DNA from: Macrostomum lignano
Lineage: Eukaryota
Direction of reading: 5' to 3'
Length of the DNA: 64,000 nt
Assembly: GCA_002269645.1 (NCBI GenBank)
Contig: NIVC01003179.1
Span: 1-64,000 of the forward strand
The notes below the pieces were generated by a model that was not told the origin of the DNA, did not search any database, and saw only the letters and a program-made list of their open reading frames with translations. Each line of letters begins with the position of its first letter. Positions within the stretch are counted from its first letter, which is position 1. The position numbers and the translations under genes are program-made. Below are positions 26,407-39,000 of the stretch, one piece after another.

Positions 26407-27615
26407 CACTTCTCAGACTCACTCTAACCCGTGCACTCTCCGATCTCAGTGTCTGCCATAGCGGACTCCCGCCCTTGGAGACTGCCTGCAGTTGTCGATA
26501 CCCGATTCCTTCGGCACAGCCAGCCGCCCCCGGCCAAGCGGACACCCGGCACGGACATCTTTGGCCAGCAACTGGATCTGGCTGACATCCAGTTTGAGGA
26601 AGACTCAATCCGTGCTACCAGTCGCGGCTCACGTCACGTCCCGGGCTTTCTTGGCTGAGTCGATGGGAGAAATAAAACTGCTATGGCTGTCGGGCTGCTT
26701 ACCGGGCCCAGATTTAGCATTCGATGTTGGGCTTTGTCACAGTAGAGCACCAACTTAAAAACTAATATATAAACTACAAACGTACTGTGACATTCAAAAC
26801 CTGAAAATGGATGTCAGTTAATAAAGACTAAATAATTTGAGTTGAATAAGCTCTTCCTTAAAGAAGCTTTCGTGAGACTTTATTGGTTTGACAGGTTCGG
26901 AAGTCCGGCGCCGACATTGTTGCGGCCTTCCTCTGCTTGGAGATGCCATGTTGCAGCAGCGAAAATAGCCCCCAGCTCTGAGTAGCTAATCTAAAAATGT
27001 TACGTAGTCAGCTTACATGTACTACCTGTGTAGACGGCCAGCTTAATGACAGACTTTAACAACAAGCTATGTCCTGTCATTGCAAGCTTAGCCCAATGAT
27101 TGCTCAACTGACTCTGTGAAGTATAGGTGTGCCGGTCTCTACGGTCAGGGAAGCAGCAGGGCTTGAGCTAATCATGATTCTTTAGGCTCAACTGAAATCT
27201 TATTTGAAAAAAATCTAAATGGATGTTATTGAAACGTACAAGACAGCTTTGAATCATGAAACCTTGAATCGTTCCGCCATCTTTCGATCTGAATCAATGG
27301 TATTTATTCCTCAATTCGCCTGGCTTAGAAGCATCATTAAGGCTATCAAATTGAAGCAAAAATCGCTATTGTAGCGACTAATTGAGTTCATGTCGTTGTG
27401 ACAGCTCGGTTGCGACTTTAAGCCGAATATTAGGTGCTCGAATAGCGTCTTTTTATTAGCTATTTGAAGTAGTATTTCTTGAATAGTCAGAAGTAGCTCA
27501 CGCATGCACACTACAGGCTAGCAAAGCAACAACAGATTTATCATAAGAATTCACTGGGCTGAGAGCAGTTAAAACCGTATTTTGTCAACTCGCGGTCTCG
27601 AACCCCCGGCTGGGC

Positions 27616-28262
27616 TCACTGGCAGCAGCCGCGCAGCTGGAAGCGGTAAAAGTCGCCCCCAATCGGCTCGAACAGGTTCTGCCCCGCAGTGCCCGTGCCG
27701 ACCCGGACTTGCCGATTTAGAAATCGTCCCTTTCGAAGCGACTTCTTCGGGATCACGAATGAAATGGTGCGGCAGCTCATGCCTCTCGGCGGTGGCCCCG
27801 AGTTGGCCAATACGCAGAAGGAATTAGCAAAGTGAGACTGCCACGCAGATTTGACGGCATCGATTGACCGATTGACCGTATTGGACAGAGACTGAAGCTT
27901 CGACCACAGGCCATCGATTGAGCCTGCATCAGCTCCCGGGTACAGCTCTGACGAGTCGTCAGCTGATCGGTAGCGCACCTACAAAGTGGAAATAATTTAA
28001 TTACCCATTTTCCGTAATGAGAACGCATGACAGAACAGAACGGCAAAGCAATAGAAGGTCGACTACAAGCACAATGGACCAAAGAGGATGTCAAGTTTAG
28101 CTGCAGTTTAAAAACTGCAGGAGCACAAGGATTGGATGTCTCGGGAAATTCAAGATATTGATTGCAGTCGTCAGCAATCTGCTGAGCTTTGCTTCGGGCT
28201 TCATTTTGTAGCAACAGTTGACATCCCCTATTGACAAACTTTCCAGCGCTAAGATCGGTCAC
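27616..28262 (-). CDS. Putative downstream exons of the secreted-protein gene (Cys-containing C-terminal domain)
   Basis: Frame 28262-28005 and frame 27978-27616 join in phase across a GTAATT..TTGTAG segment (28004-27979). Linkage to the upstream ORF is unproven. Confidence 0.5.
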
Positions 28263-28359
28263 AACTTATATCTTGAAAATCCTACACAATTCCTGCCGTT
28301 TATACAGCCTAAATTGACTATTTTTACAAATTTGAATTGACCCACGGCCGTTTTCAAGG

Positions 28360-30048
28360 CTATTCCATTGTGAAAGCTTCAATGGAAAGCAGGTTCAATA
28401 ATACGTCACAGACCGACGAGGACGGGCCCGTATCGGCTCGAGAGCTGGCCATAACGGTGGCCATGCGTTGCAGCTCGGTGGATGCGCTATTCGCTCGACG
28501 CAACAATTCCAAATAGCGCATGCGCATTATTTTTGCTTGCGCTTCCCAAGTGAGCTTTGTGTAGTCAGCGGAGCCGTGCACAGCCCGACAGAGCGGCACT
28601 ACATGGTCCCGCTGCTCAGAAACTCGGTAGTGGAGAACAACGTCGCGCATAGCGAAGGTTCCAGCACCCAGCAGCCGTCGAGTGTCCAGCTGGTACAGCT
28701 GCACATTCGGCGACGGCACGAAACGTACGCTAGCGGCATTCCACGAGACCGCGCTTCCAAGTGACGTTGCTAGTTCGCAAGCAGCGTCGACGGGTATCGC
28801 CTCAGCTCCAGGGCGATTGTAAGAGGCGAGGAACTCGCGGAGTGGAGCAACCGCACCTGCTGGCAGCTCGCCATCATCAGCCAGCCTTGTCAGCAATGTG
28901 ACAGAGTCGCTTGCAGGACGAACGTGCCCGGGCAGTCCTCCAACTTCGGCTGTGAACAGCATGTTGAAAAGTTTGGCCAGCATGTCTGGACGGAGGGCTC
29001 CACTGGTTGGGCTGTCAGTCAATCCTCGACTGTTGTGCGGCGGCTGCCAGAAGACTTGATCGGCCCACTGAGTCAAACTAGCTCCTCTGACGGGCGAACG
29101 ACGCAATAGAAGTTCGGCATCCGCAAGCAGAGCTCCGAGCGCCTCCGAGTTGATGCTATCAGCTCGCTGCTCTCCGGTTTGCTGCTCCTGCAGCTCATCA
29201 AGCGCAGCACGGCGCAGTTCCCCAGCCAGCTGGTCGATCGCGGCTTCCGAAGCCAGAACTACACCCGACGACTTGAGTGCGAGCCAGTTCAGCTGAGTAA
29301 ACAGTGGCGAACGTAGCAGGTGTCGGCTTGCCAAAGTTACTGAGAGGCGCCGCTGGGTGTTGCAACGAATGCGGTACTTTAGGTCAAAGATTTGCCCAGC
29401 TGAGCCGTCCGTGTCTCCCAGTTGTGCCATTAAAAATCGGCAATCATCCAAGTTTTTACACGACACCGTAAAATTAACTCGCGCCAGCGGCCTCTGCGCA
29501 TCCTGCCAGCCGTAGCTAAGACGGAACCTCTGCCCAAAGTCCTCCCCAAGCCAATGATGGGCTTGAGCTGACCAATTCAGCGTCAACTCAGTCAGCGGCA
29601 TCAGCTCTACATGAGCTGGTGCGTCATCAAACCTAGCATCTGGAGGCGGAGTGAGCTGGTCTGTCGCCGCGGACAGGAACTCGTCAGTCCACAGCAGTAT
29701 CGATAGTCGCAGCATAGTGCCGCTTTCAAATGGCCGCTCAGTAGTATTGGAAACTTCCGAATCCTTGGCGCGGACGGTGGCGCTATTGTCTGGATTGATG
29801 ACCAGCAAAGAGCTGCAATCCAACAGAGCGAGCGGTGGAAAAAAGTAGCGCCTTGATTCGCTGCTGCTGTTTCCGGCGTTTTGAAACATTGGCACTTGCA
29901 TTCCGTGGTACACAATAGAACGGGTGCTGCTGATCGATACGGACACTTGATGCACCGGCGTGGCTGAGTCCGTCAATGCCGCAGCAGTTTCTGTTGGCAA
30001 CAACAGTGTTGTCAGGATGAGCAGCAGCAGCAACTTGATCGCAAACAT
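28360..30048 (-). CDS. Secreted protein of unknown function (signal peptide, C-terminal coiled coil)
   Basis: Uninterrupted 562-aa ORF. Starts MFAIKLLLLLILTTLLLPTETAAA (classical signal peptide). GC-rich coding composition. Confidence 0.8.
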   Translation of the reverse strand: MFAIKLLLLLILTTLLLPTETAAALTDSATPVHQVSVSISSTRSIVYHGMQVPMFQNAGNSSSESRRYFFPPLALLDCSSLLVINPDNSATVRAKDSEVSNTTERPFESGTMLRLSILLWTDEFLSAATDQLTPPPDARFDDAPAHVELMPLTELTLNWSAQAHHWLGEDFGQRFRLSYGWQDAQRPLARVNFTVSCKNLDDCRFLMAQLGDTDGSAGQIFDLKYRIRCNTQRRLSVTLASRHLLRSPLFTQLNWLALKSSGVVLASEAAIDQLAGELRRAALDELQEQQTGEQRADSINSEALGALLADAELLLRRSPVRGASLTQWADQVFWQPPHNSRGLTDSPTSGALRPDMLAKLFNMLFTAEVGGLPGHVRPASDSVTLLTRLADDGELPAGAVAPLREFLASYNRPGAEAIPVDAACELATSLGSAVSWNAASVRFVPSPNVQLYQLDTRRLLGAGTFAMRDVVLHYRVSEQRDHVVPLCRAVHGSADYTKLTWEAQAKIMRMRYLELLRRANSASTELQRMATVMASSRADTGPSSSVCDVLLNLLSIEAFTME

Positions 30049-30539
30049 TTCGGCTTCTTTATTAGAAAAGTATTAGTTTCTTCTCGCAAGATATTAAGGG
30101 CTTTGTGCTTCTTCTGCAGGTTGCTTTTTCACATATCTGATATCTGATGGTAGCTGATTCCTACCGGCTTCCGCTGATTACTTGCTTATATAACCTCCTA
30201 GAAGCAAGAAGGCTAGCAACCAAGGAATTTCTTAATTGGGTCGGAATTGGCTGCATGTGCAAGCTGATACCAACATCTGAATCTACATAGATGCCAAAAT
30301 CACGTGCTATTTGGGTGGGTCTAAGATTAGGAAACCCTCACTGGAACTCTCCAGTTGCTTTCGATGGGATCAGCTGACCGACGAATTCCCATTTCGGTTT
30401 CTGCAAGATCCATTTCTGTGCATTTTGGTGCCATACCGAAAAGGGACTGCAGAATAAATACACCAAATGATGCAAAGTTAGCGGTCTGCCAAGTACCTGT
30501 ATGTACATGTAATTCTACTTCCTTACCTTGTACATTAGT

Positions 30540-33500
30540 GCTGGTCTAATGGCTCGCACGGGCGTATTCAGCATGCCAGTGAAGTATGAGACAGACCAGG
30601 CCTATGGGCTAAGGTCTGCGATGCTCCACGCCTGCCCCTATCTCCAGCAGGTTAAGGCTGGTGGGAGGTCTGCACCCTCTATTTGCCGCTGGCAGCCGCA
30701 GACCCCCCCCCACGCTGTTTCGCAAGCCGACCCAGGGGTACCCGTCCCCGCGAGTGTTCAAGGCAGACCCTAGGGCTGCCGGACTGACTGGGCTCCGGCG
30801 CTGGGGACCCATCCAGTGGCTTTTGCCGAACTTGGGTATGTGGGTCTGGCTCTTATGCGTATAACGTACCCTCTAATGCCTAAGGTGTTCGACCGTGCCG
30901 ATGGGCTGGAAGGCCGGGGAGTAGTCCGGTCACAAGCGGTCCCCCTCCTGGTGTCGGGCCAGCCTTGAGGGTTCTTTTGGCCTACTGCCCGGTCAGTTGG
31001 AGCGGCCGGGTGGGTACCGCGCCCCTTCGAGGGTAGCCCACCAACCTTTATCATGGCCTTTGAGCCGACTATGGATAAAAACCCTATTTCTAGGGACGGG
31101 GACCTTTCTAAACCCCAACCTCAGTCCGAAGGACCGGCCGGCCTTGCTGGCAGATCCCAACCGACTGATTCAACTGTGGCAAAGAGAGGACCGGCTGGCT
31201 CTGCTGGCAGATCTGACCAAAGCTACCAAAATCAAAGTACCCAAAGACCTGGCAGCTCTGCTGGTGGATCAAAGGGAACCGCAGGCTCTGAGCCTAAAGG
31301 ACCGGCCAAATCTGGCAGATCCGACAAAGCTCAGCGGGCTCGGCTAAAGCGCAAACGCGCTAAGCAACGCGCCAAAAGGCAGGCCAAGAAGGGAGCTGCG
31401 GGGGCCAATGCGGCGGCGTCCACCATGGATGCTGAAGCGACTGGCGTCCCAAGGCAACCAGACGGGCCGGCCGGTGGAAGCTCCGGTAGTACAGCGGCGG
31501 CGCTCCCTGGAGATGCTGCTGCGGCTGCAGAGGCCGAAACCACGGCGCAACAAATGGCCACTGCCAACAAGGAGGTTCCTTCGGGAGCTACCTTTGCGGC
31601 GAAGGCCAAGGCCAAAATCCCGGGACTGATCATTCAAGGTCGCGACCAGGACTGGACCACTGATCAGCTTCAAAAAGTGTGGAGTGCTGTTGACTCCTAT
31701 CTGATTGAGCTGACTGTCGAGGAGGGAATCTCCATCGGCATTGAGCGGATGGTGCTGCGAAGCACATTCGTTCTTATTGCTCCTAGCAGTGAGGAGGACG
31801 CTCAGCAGCTGCTCCAGCGGCTGCCGACGGTCTCCTTGGATGCTGACCTTGGCGGAGCTCTTTTTCTTCGCGAAGGCCAGCGTCCAAAGACAATACCCTA
31901 TGTGGTTTTTGTCCCTGCAAAGAGCACTGCAGCTGGACCAGACGTTATCCGCCGGGTTTTACTGCGCCTGAATCCCGACCTCCCTGCTAGTGGACTGGTG
32001 TATCACCGCAATTTCCGCAGGCGGGGAGATGGGTAAATCAGTTGTCCTAGGCCTCTCCAACACTTGGGCGAGTCGGTACCCTAACGGATCCTCTTTCCAG
32101 CTGGGTGCCCTCAAGCTCAAGATGCGCCGAGGAAAGTCTGCCAAAGGGAAGGCTACTGCCAACCCCGGCATCTCCGGCAAGAGCGGGGCGCAGTCTAAGG
32201 CCCAAGGAAAGGCGAAAGCCGATCCCAAAGCCGGAGCTGCGTCTCGCCCCTCTGCTAGCAGCATTTCGGCGACCGAGGTGACGGCTCCGGCCAAGCCCCG
32301 GGAACCGAACCTGCCAGCCGGAGAAGGAGTTGAGGACGAGGCCGGGTCTTCGGAATCCGAGCTCTCCTCGGCCACCTTGGTGGGGTCTGAAGGTAAAGAT
32401 GCAGGTGAGGAAGCTTCCTCCATCCTGTCATCGGAGCCTGAGGACTCTGCTGGGGGGCCGGTGGGGGTGAGGAGGCCATGGACGTCGACCAACTCCCATC
32501 TCCCAGTCAAGCCCCAACGGCCTGGGACGAGGAAGATTTGCTGTCCAAGTCTCCTTGATGGCCCGGGGTTCTTGCCAGTTTTTGCATTAAATACAGTATG
32601 ACTAAGCTCCACGCTGCCAAAGGAGTGACATTTTGTCTGCAAATAAATTTACAGCATTGCGTATCTGCGTCAGTAAATCTGATGAAGATTGCTGAGCTGT
32701 ACAGGCCAGGCCTCATCCTGATCCAGGAACCCTGGATGCGCAACGGTAAGTTGCTCAACATTCCTTCTGGCTACTCTGATTTTTATGCGTGTGGCCCGGG
32801 GAACAGCCGCCCTAGAGCGGCTATCCTCGCTGCCAGCCGAGGCTTGGCTGAGGACTGATCTCTCAGATGGAGACCTCTGTATCATCCAATCTAATCATCT
32901 CTCTCCGCGTACGTGTCTCGTTGCATCGATTTACATCCCTGGCGACAGAGACCCTGCTCCCGAGAGTCTACTGCGCCTTGCGCAGTACTGCTAGTCCCAG
33001 AACGCTGAGCTGTGCTTAGGGGGTGACCTCAACGCGCACCATAAGCACTGGGGCAGCAAAGACACCAATACCAGAGGGGAGGAGCTTCTGGCCCTCATCT
33101 CTAACACAAACCGCATGCTCTGCAACCGCGGTAGCACTCCTATCTTTAACAATGGCAGATGAACTGAGGTCGTTACCCCAAGACGTACTCTTCGATAGAG
33201 TTGAGAAGTGAAGAGTCTGGTCTGAAGAGCCCTCCCTGTCTGACCACTGCTTTATCGCCTTTAACATCGCGGACACTAAACCCCAGTCCTCATGACTTGG
33301 AGGCGTAACATCTGCAACACTGATTGGGCGGCCTACAAGGCTACTTACGTCCGATTGAGACCTGCGAGGATGTGGACCATGCAGCTGAGACGCTGACAGG
33401 TTGCATTATCGCAGCCTATGATGCGGCCTGCCCTGTCCGTGCCTACAAAGGCAAGACCTCGGCGCCGTGGTGGAACCCGGAGCTGGGGAAACTCAGGCGG

Positions 33501-34733
33501 AAGGCCAAAAGCCTTCACCGCCGGGCCATGAAGACCGGAAACCCGGAGGACATGGAGCTTTTCCGGCAAGCCTCCCGCAACTTCAAATCTGAGTACGCAA
33601 GGCCAAGGAATGTAAATGGCGCCAATTCTGCAAAGAGTTGGATCAAGACAGACCTACTTCTAGGCTTGTCAAGGCCCTTACAATGGACAAAATATCCAAA
33701 TTAGTCATGATCAGAAAAGATTATGGCTCTCTTACTAAAGACCCTGAAGAAGTGCTTCAGCATATGCTCAGCACATTCTTCCCGAGGGTACCCACTGCTG
33801 GATCGGAACCCAACCATTCGATGGATGGAGCTACCCTAGCGGCGGGCATTGTCACTGAAGACTTAATCGCTCGTGCGGTCAGAACCTTCAAGTCCTTCAA
33901 ATCTCTTGGACCTGATGGTATCTACCCTGTTCTTCTTCGTGAAGCAGCCAAGATACCCTCGTTCTTGAGACTTATCCGCAATCTCATGCGGGCCTCTATC
34001 CAGCTGGGATACGTTCCCAAGTGCTGGATCGAAGCTCGGGTAGTCTTCATTCTCAAACCTGGGAAGGGCGACTATCAGAGCGTCAAGGCCTTTAGGCCAA
34101 TTAGCTTAACATCAGCAATGCTTAATCTCACTGAGAGGCTTATTCTCTGGCGCTGCTTTCTTGCGAGCTGACAGCAATGCCTCTCAGCAATAATCAGCAC
34201 GGCTTCCGTACCGGGAGGTCGACTGACAGCGCCCTGCATGCGACAGTTGAGAAGATTGAACGGGCGGTACTGGGTGACGGTTACGCTCTGGCTCTCTTTC
34301 TTGACATTGTTGGCGCCTTCGACAACGTTATCTTTGAAGCGTTTCAGAGGGCCCTTCAAAACCGCAAAGCTCACGCTACCCTCATACGGTGGATCATGTA
34401 CATGATATCTAATCGTACGGTCACTGCCCAACTTCTCGGGCAAACTGCCTCCGCCAGAGTCTGTAAGGGTGGACTCCAAGGCGGAGTCCTCACCCCGACG
34501 CTCTGGAACCTGGTCATGGACGCTCTTCTGGGCGACTCCCGACCTGATCCCGTCTTCAAAGTCGGGTATGCTGACGACGTCACTGCCATTGTGGCAGGGC
34601 CGTCCCCCAGCACGCTCAGGGATCTGATGCAGAGCTTTATCCGCAAAGCAGAATCCTGGGCCAATGACAACGGTCTGGAACTCTCTGAGCCCAAAACTGT
34701 TGCCATTATGTTCACCAGCAGAATACGCTGGAG
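30540..34733 (+). mobile_element. Non-LTR retrotransposon (LOA/R1-like), 5' part: ORF1, APE endonuclease and RT; decayed
   Basis: ORF1 31053-32601 with one frameshift. ORF2 starts LQINLQH..LILIQEPW (APE), GDLNAH. RT motifs GPDGIYP, FRPISLTS, QHGFR, LDIVGAFD, QGGVLTPTLWNL, YADD. Many stops and frameshifts. The 5' boundary is approximate. Confidence 0.92.
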
Positions 34734-34957
34734 CCCGCTTGAAAAAAACAGCTCTGCCGCTGGCGGGCCTTTATCGGCAGCCCCCTTCGGCCCCCTAAAC
34801 CCCCGCTAGCATTTGCACCGCGGCTCCGCTAGTGGCCCGCTTAGGGGGCCACTAGCGGTGTACCCCTTAAAAGCCCCTTGTGGTGGCGGCGTGCCCCTTG
34901 ACAGCCCCTTGCAATAGCGGCGTGCCCCAGTCAGCCCCCACACTTTGAGTGTCGCCA

Positions 34958-35587
34958 TTCTTCTTCATGAAGTACTCGTACACAGCAGCCATACCGTAGC
35001 AAAATTCAATTTAAACTATTTTACAGTAGCATTTGCAGTCGCTTTTGGTAAGCGAATGGCTTTCACACCATGACTTGCCAAGGAATAAAAGCGGGTTATC
35101 GTAAAGAGACTTGTCGTTTAACAAGGGAGAGCGAAACTTAGTGAGAAATGAGCATAAAGTTATAGTTACTTATATTTATTTTTGCTATATAGTAGTATAG
35201 TTAAAATACTCACAGAAGATTAGACGATGAGAGTTTAATGATAGAGTTAAAAAAGAGAGAGTTAAATGAGAGTTCTTCTTCATGAAGTACTCGTACACAG
35301 CAGCCATACCGTAGCAAAATTCAATTTAAACTATTTTACAGTAGCATTTGCTGTCGCTTTTGGTAAGCGAATGGCTTTCACACCATGACTTGCCAAGGAA
35401 TACAAGCGGGTTATCGTAAAGAGACTTGTAGTTTAACAAGGGAGAGCGAAACTTAGTGAGAAATGAGCATAAAGTTATAGTTACTTATATTAATTTTTGC
35501 TATATAGTAGTATAGTTAAAATACTCACAGAAGATTAGACGATGAGAGTTTAATGATAGAGTTAAAAAAGAGAGAGTTAAATGAGAG
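34958..35587. repeat. 315-bp direct tandem duplication inside the CACTA-like element
   Basis: TTCTTCTTCATGAAGTACTCG starts at 34958 and again at 35273; the copies are near-identical. Confidence 0.92.
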
Positions 35588-35704
35588 AGAGTTGAATGAG
35601 AGAGAGCTGAATTAGAGGGTTGAATGAGAGAGTTGAATGAGAGAGTTAAATGAGAGAGTTGAATGAGAGAGAGTTGAATGAGATGAGCGTGAGATGAATG
35701 TAAA

Positions 35705-36187
35705 TCAGGTGAGCGAATTGTCCGAGCGCCTTTTCCGGCATCGGGACCTCGGTTGACCGCCCTGGCGCTCCAGTTGTTCAGGCTCCCGGCGTCTCCTGTC
35801 TTCTCTGCCGCCATCTCTGTCGCGCGAGTTCTTCAACGTCTTCGCAATGGCGTCGATGACGTCAGTTTCAACTTCGGTGGGGTGCGCACGGCGAGCTGCG
35901 GCTTGTACGAGCGAATCCATTGGGCCGATGAATTTGTGGCGGCCATCAGTGCCGTTGCGATTATAAATTCCTTGCAACTCGTTGGTCATCAATCGCCCAA
36001 TCATGAGACGGACGGTGTCTTTGACCGATTTGCCGCCAATCATGACAAGCCGCCTGACGAGACACTCGTGGAACTCCGCATCTTCCAGCTTCACGCAAAA
36101 CGCCAGAACATCATCGACTGAAGACATCGGCATCCCTTCGAGGCAGGCATTGTCTGGTGCAGATGAACAACCAGTAGTATTTTGCAA
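35705..36187 (-). CDS. Transposon-borne DUF4806-like protein (fragment or last exon)
   Basis: LVRRLVMIGGKSVKDTVRLMIGRLMTNELQGIYNRNG..KF resembles the DUF4806 pattern seen in transposon accessory proteins (recognised from memory, not searched). Confidence 0.6.
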   Translation of the reverse strand: MQNTTGCSSAPDNACLEGMPMSSVDDVLAFCVKLEDAEFHECLVRRLVMIGGKSVKDTVRLMIGRLMTNELQGIYNRNGTDGRHKFIGPMDSLVQAAARRAHPTEVETDVIDAIAKTLKNSRDRDGGREDRRRREPEQLERQGGQPRSRCRKRRSDNSLT

Positions 36188-37941
36188 CGTGCACAGCTTA
36201 TCGTAGAGCCTTGTTCTTACTTCTGACGCCTGCTCTAACTGTTGTACACTTGCTAGACTTGCTTGTACATTGCTAGAATGTCCAATAAATTACACTCAAT
36301 TTAAGTTTGTGTTACAATAAAAATGATCTTAGAACCCTTAGAATTGATTAGGCCTAGCTAATGGACTATTGATTAACCATCTGAATCATATAAGGAAATG
36401 CAACACAACATTCTTCCTTTTAACTATTCAAATTAACATATTTAGTATCCCATCTACTCCATTTGTCACTTTTTCATATCAGTAACCAATAAAAATAAAT
36501 GTATATAATAATATTAAACTGAATAGTTAGGAATTAATTTATCAGTTAAAATCACATTTACCTAAAAATATCAATTAAAAATCTAGATTAAACAATTGGA
36601 AATTATTTGTAAACAATTTTTGTAAACAAATCATGCAAAATTTTATTAGAACCTACAAGTTTGAGCATGCTAGAATACTTAGTACTCATAAACAGTTTTA
36701 TTCAATATAAACAAAATAACTTCATATAATGCCTGTGTAAAGATATTTCACATTGGATTTGCAGAAAACCCCAGAGCCAGTGAGACAACTGTTAAACTCT
36801 GCTAAATTATTTGAGATTCAAAACTAAAAAGTTGCAAACAGTAAACAAGTTAATTCAAACTTGTTTTCCAAGTGTAACAATATAATTGCAAACAAGATTT
36901 TCATTAAGTACATTAAGTATTACATTAAGGTCACATTAAAAGTCAATTAATAATGCACATTTACTCACTAAACCAATGATATAAAAAACATGTCTTAGCA
37001 TTATATTAAAAAATATATATTCAAATTATTCAAATCAGTTTTGCATTAATTTCAAAAGAAAATTTCAATAAATAGCTTTAAAGCATTTAATTCCATACTA
37101 AAGTACAGTCAACTGTCAAGAGCAAACTGTACCAATTAGTCCATACTAGCAAGTAGTACAAGCTAATAAAATATTGGCATAAAATTGTATGGACTAGAGC
37201 ATGCTTCAATAATTGTCATGTTAAAATTGTAAATTGTGGAACACATGGAGCAGGCTGGTAATTTAAACGATATGTGGGACTTAAATGGTGAATACTTAGC
37301 TGGCGAATCAACTATAAGACTGGTAGATTGAGCAAAATATATTTATAGTGTTCAGCAATGCAGAAATAGCAGAATCAATGAATGAGGAATATCTAAAAAT
37401 TCAGGCTGTTTCATGGGATTTCGCCTGATGGATGCATATTTATCTGTCAAACGGTCCGGTTGCCTAAAATCCAGCGTTTTTGCAAATAATCTAAGCAATG
37501 CATATTATGAACACAGTTTGTATGATTATTGGATTCAGTTGCTCCTAAATCTCTGCTGTATAGTCTGCCGTCTGCTGTGATATTATTCTGGTGAGCAGCA
37601 TGGAGAATGGATACATTTAAAAACTGTGGGGTGCCTGGCTTCATAGGTATAAAATTATTTGTTGCAAATTATTTTTTATATATTTAATTAATAATAATTT
37701 ATCTTATCTGGCAATGTTATTTTACTTTAGTATGAGCTTGTTTTTCTACGTGATTCGGCCGGAAAACATGACGAGCTGCCTAGCGGGAAAGTAGCGGGAA
37801 TCTAGCGGCTTGTCACTATAGCGGCACCCCCCATCATCCCGCTAGTGCTCAGTTTGGAAAATTTCTCGGCCAACCTTCCCGCTAGTTTGCCGATGGCCCC
37901 TAGCGGACCCCTTGTGGGCCGCTAGAGCATTTTCAAGTGGG

Positions 37942-39000
37942 AGCATACGACCTCTGCAGTTATACCGCAAAGATATTGCCTTCGCGCACCAGACCAGATT
38001 TATTGGGTCATACTCGACCATCGGCTCAACTGGTCTTTCCACGTGAAAGCAAAAGCCAAGCGTGCCTCAGCCATCCTGGCCCAGCTCTTCCTGAACGGGA
38101 GGGTCATCGCAACCCACTCTCAGTACACTGAGGTCAACTCCAGTGTCTTCCAAAATGAAGTTCTAGCCATTAGCTCCTGCACTGCAGAGCTCCTCGCCAC
38201 TGGCCACTGGCGTAACCGGTAAGAACATCATTCTCCATTCGGACAGCCAAGCTGCCTTGCACGCCATCAGTGGCTGCAGCACCAACTCTGCTACAGTCCT
38301 CGACTGTATCAAACTCCTTAACATGTTGGGCTCCACCAACAAAATCACCCTCAAGTGGGTTCCGGGGCATGTGGGGATCCGAGGAAATGAGTTGGCTGAC
38401 GCCCTTTGCAAAATTTGGCGCCTCCGGCTCCTCTCTCGGTCCCGAACCCCTTGTCCCGATTCCTGGCTGTGGTCATCGACTCGCGCATCAAAGCGTGGAT
38501 CAGGACCCAGCACCGCTCGACTTGGGCGAACTGCACTACCTGCAGGCAATCCAGAGGCGCTGTCAGCCCTCTCACCAGCTCCGGAAGCTCCTCTTACGCC
38601 TCTCGCGCAGAGACATCTGGGCTGCCACCATGATCCTCTCAGGTCACGGCTGCTTCTCTAGGCACCAGTACCAACGCCACCTGCAGTTTCTGTAACTCAG
38701 GTGACGAAACCTCTGAGCATTTCATCAGCATCTGTCCCGCCTTTACGCGAACCAGACTCACTTACCTCGGGCCACACACACATATTACTGAAGCGTGCAA
38801 ACCCGAAAACTTTAATCATGCAGCTCATGGGCTACCTATGGGCCACCCGCAGGGCTGAACTCTCCTTTCCAGAGAGCACTATATATATATTATAGCTGCT
38901 GGCGACACTGGGGGACCTCCCTGGGTGGCGCCAACCCTTCGTATATAGCGATGCGTCGGCCGTACAGGGATTAGCAGAATGGGCGTTCGCGGTAAGTCAA
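37942..39000 (+). mobile_element. LINE 3' part: RT end, RNase H and C-terminal CCHC; decayed
   Basis: ILDHRLNW..HV, HSDSQAALHAI, ITLKWVPGHVGIRGNELADAL (RNase H), CSFCNSGDETSEHF..CP. The 3' boundary is approximate. Confidence 0.9.

Larger units (their letters stand above)
34734..37941. mobile_element. CACTA/EnSpm (CMC)-like non-autonomous DNA transposon inserted in the LINE RT
   Basis: TIRs CCCGCTTGAAAA / TTTTCAAGTGGG, 2-bp TSD AG (34732-33, 37942-43), subterminal CCGCTAG/CTAGCGG repeats. Excision restores the LINE frame (..RW|SIRPLQLY). Confidence 0.85.

Noticed and set aside
30540-31050. HDV-like ribozyme in the LINE 5' UTR (CTCCACGC and CCCTCCTGG motifs)
   Set aside because: I could not build consistent P1, P3 and P1.1 pairings by hand. 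An RNArobo or Infernal search would be decisive.
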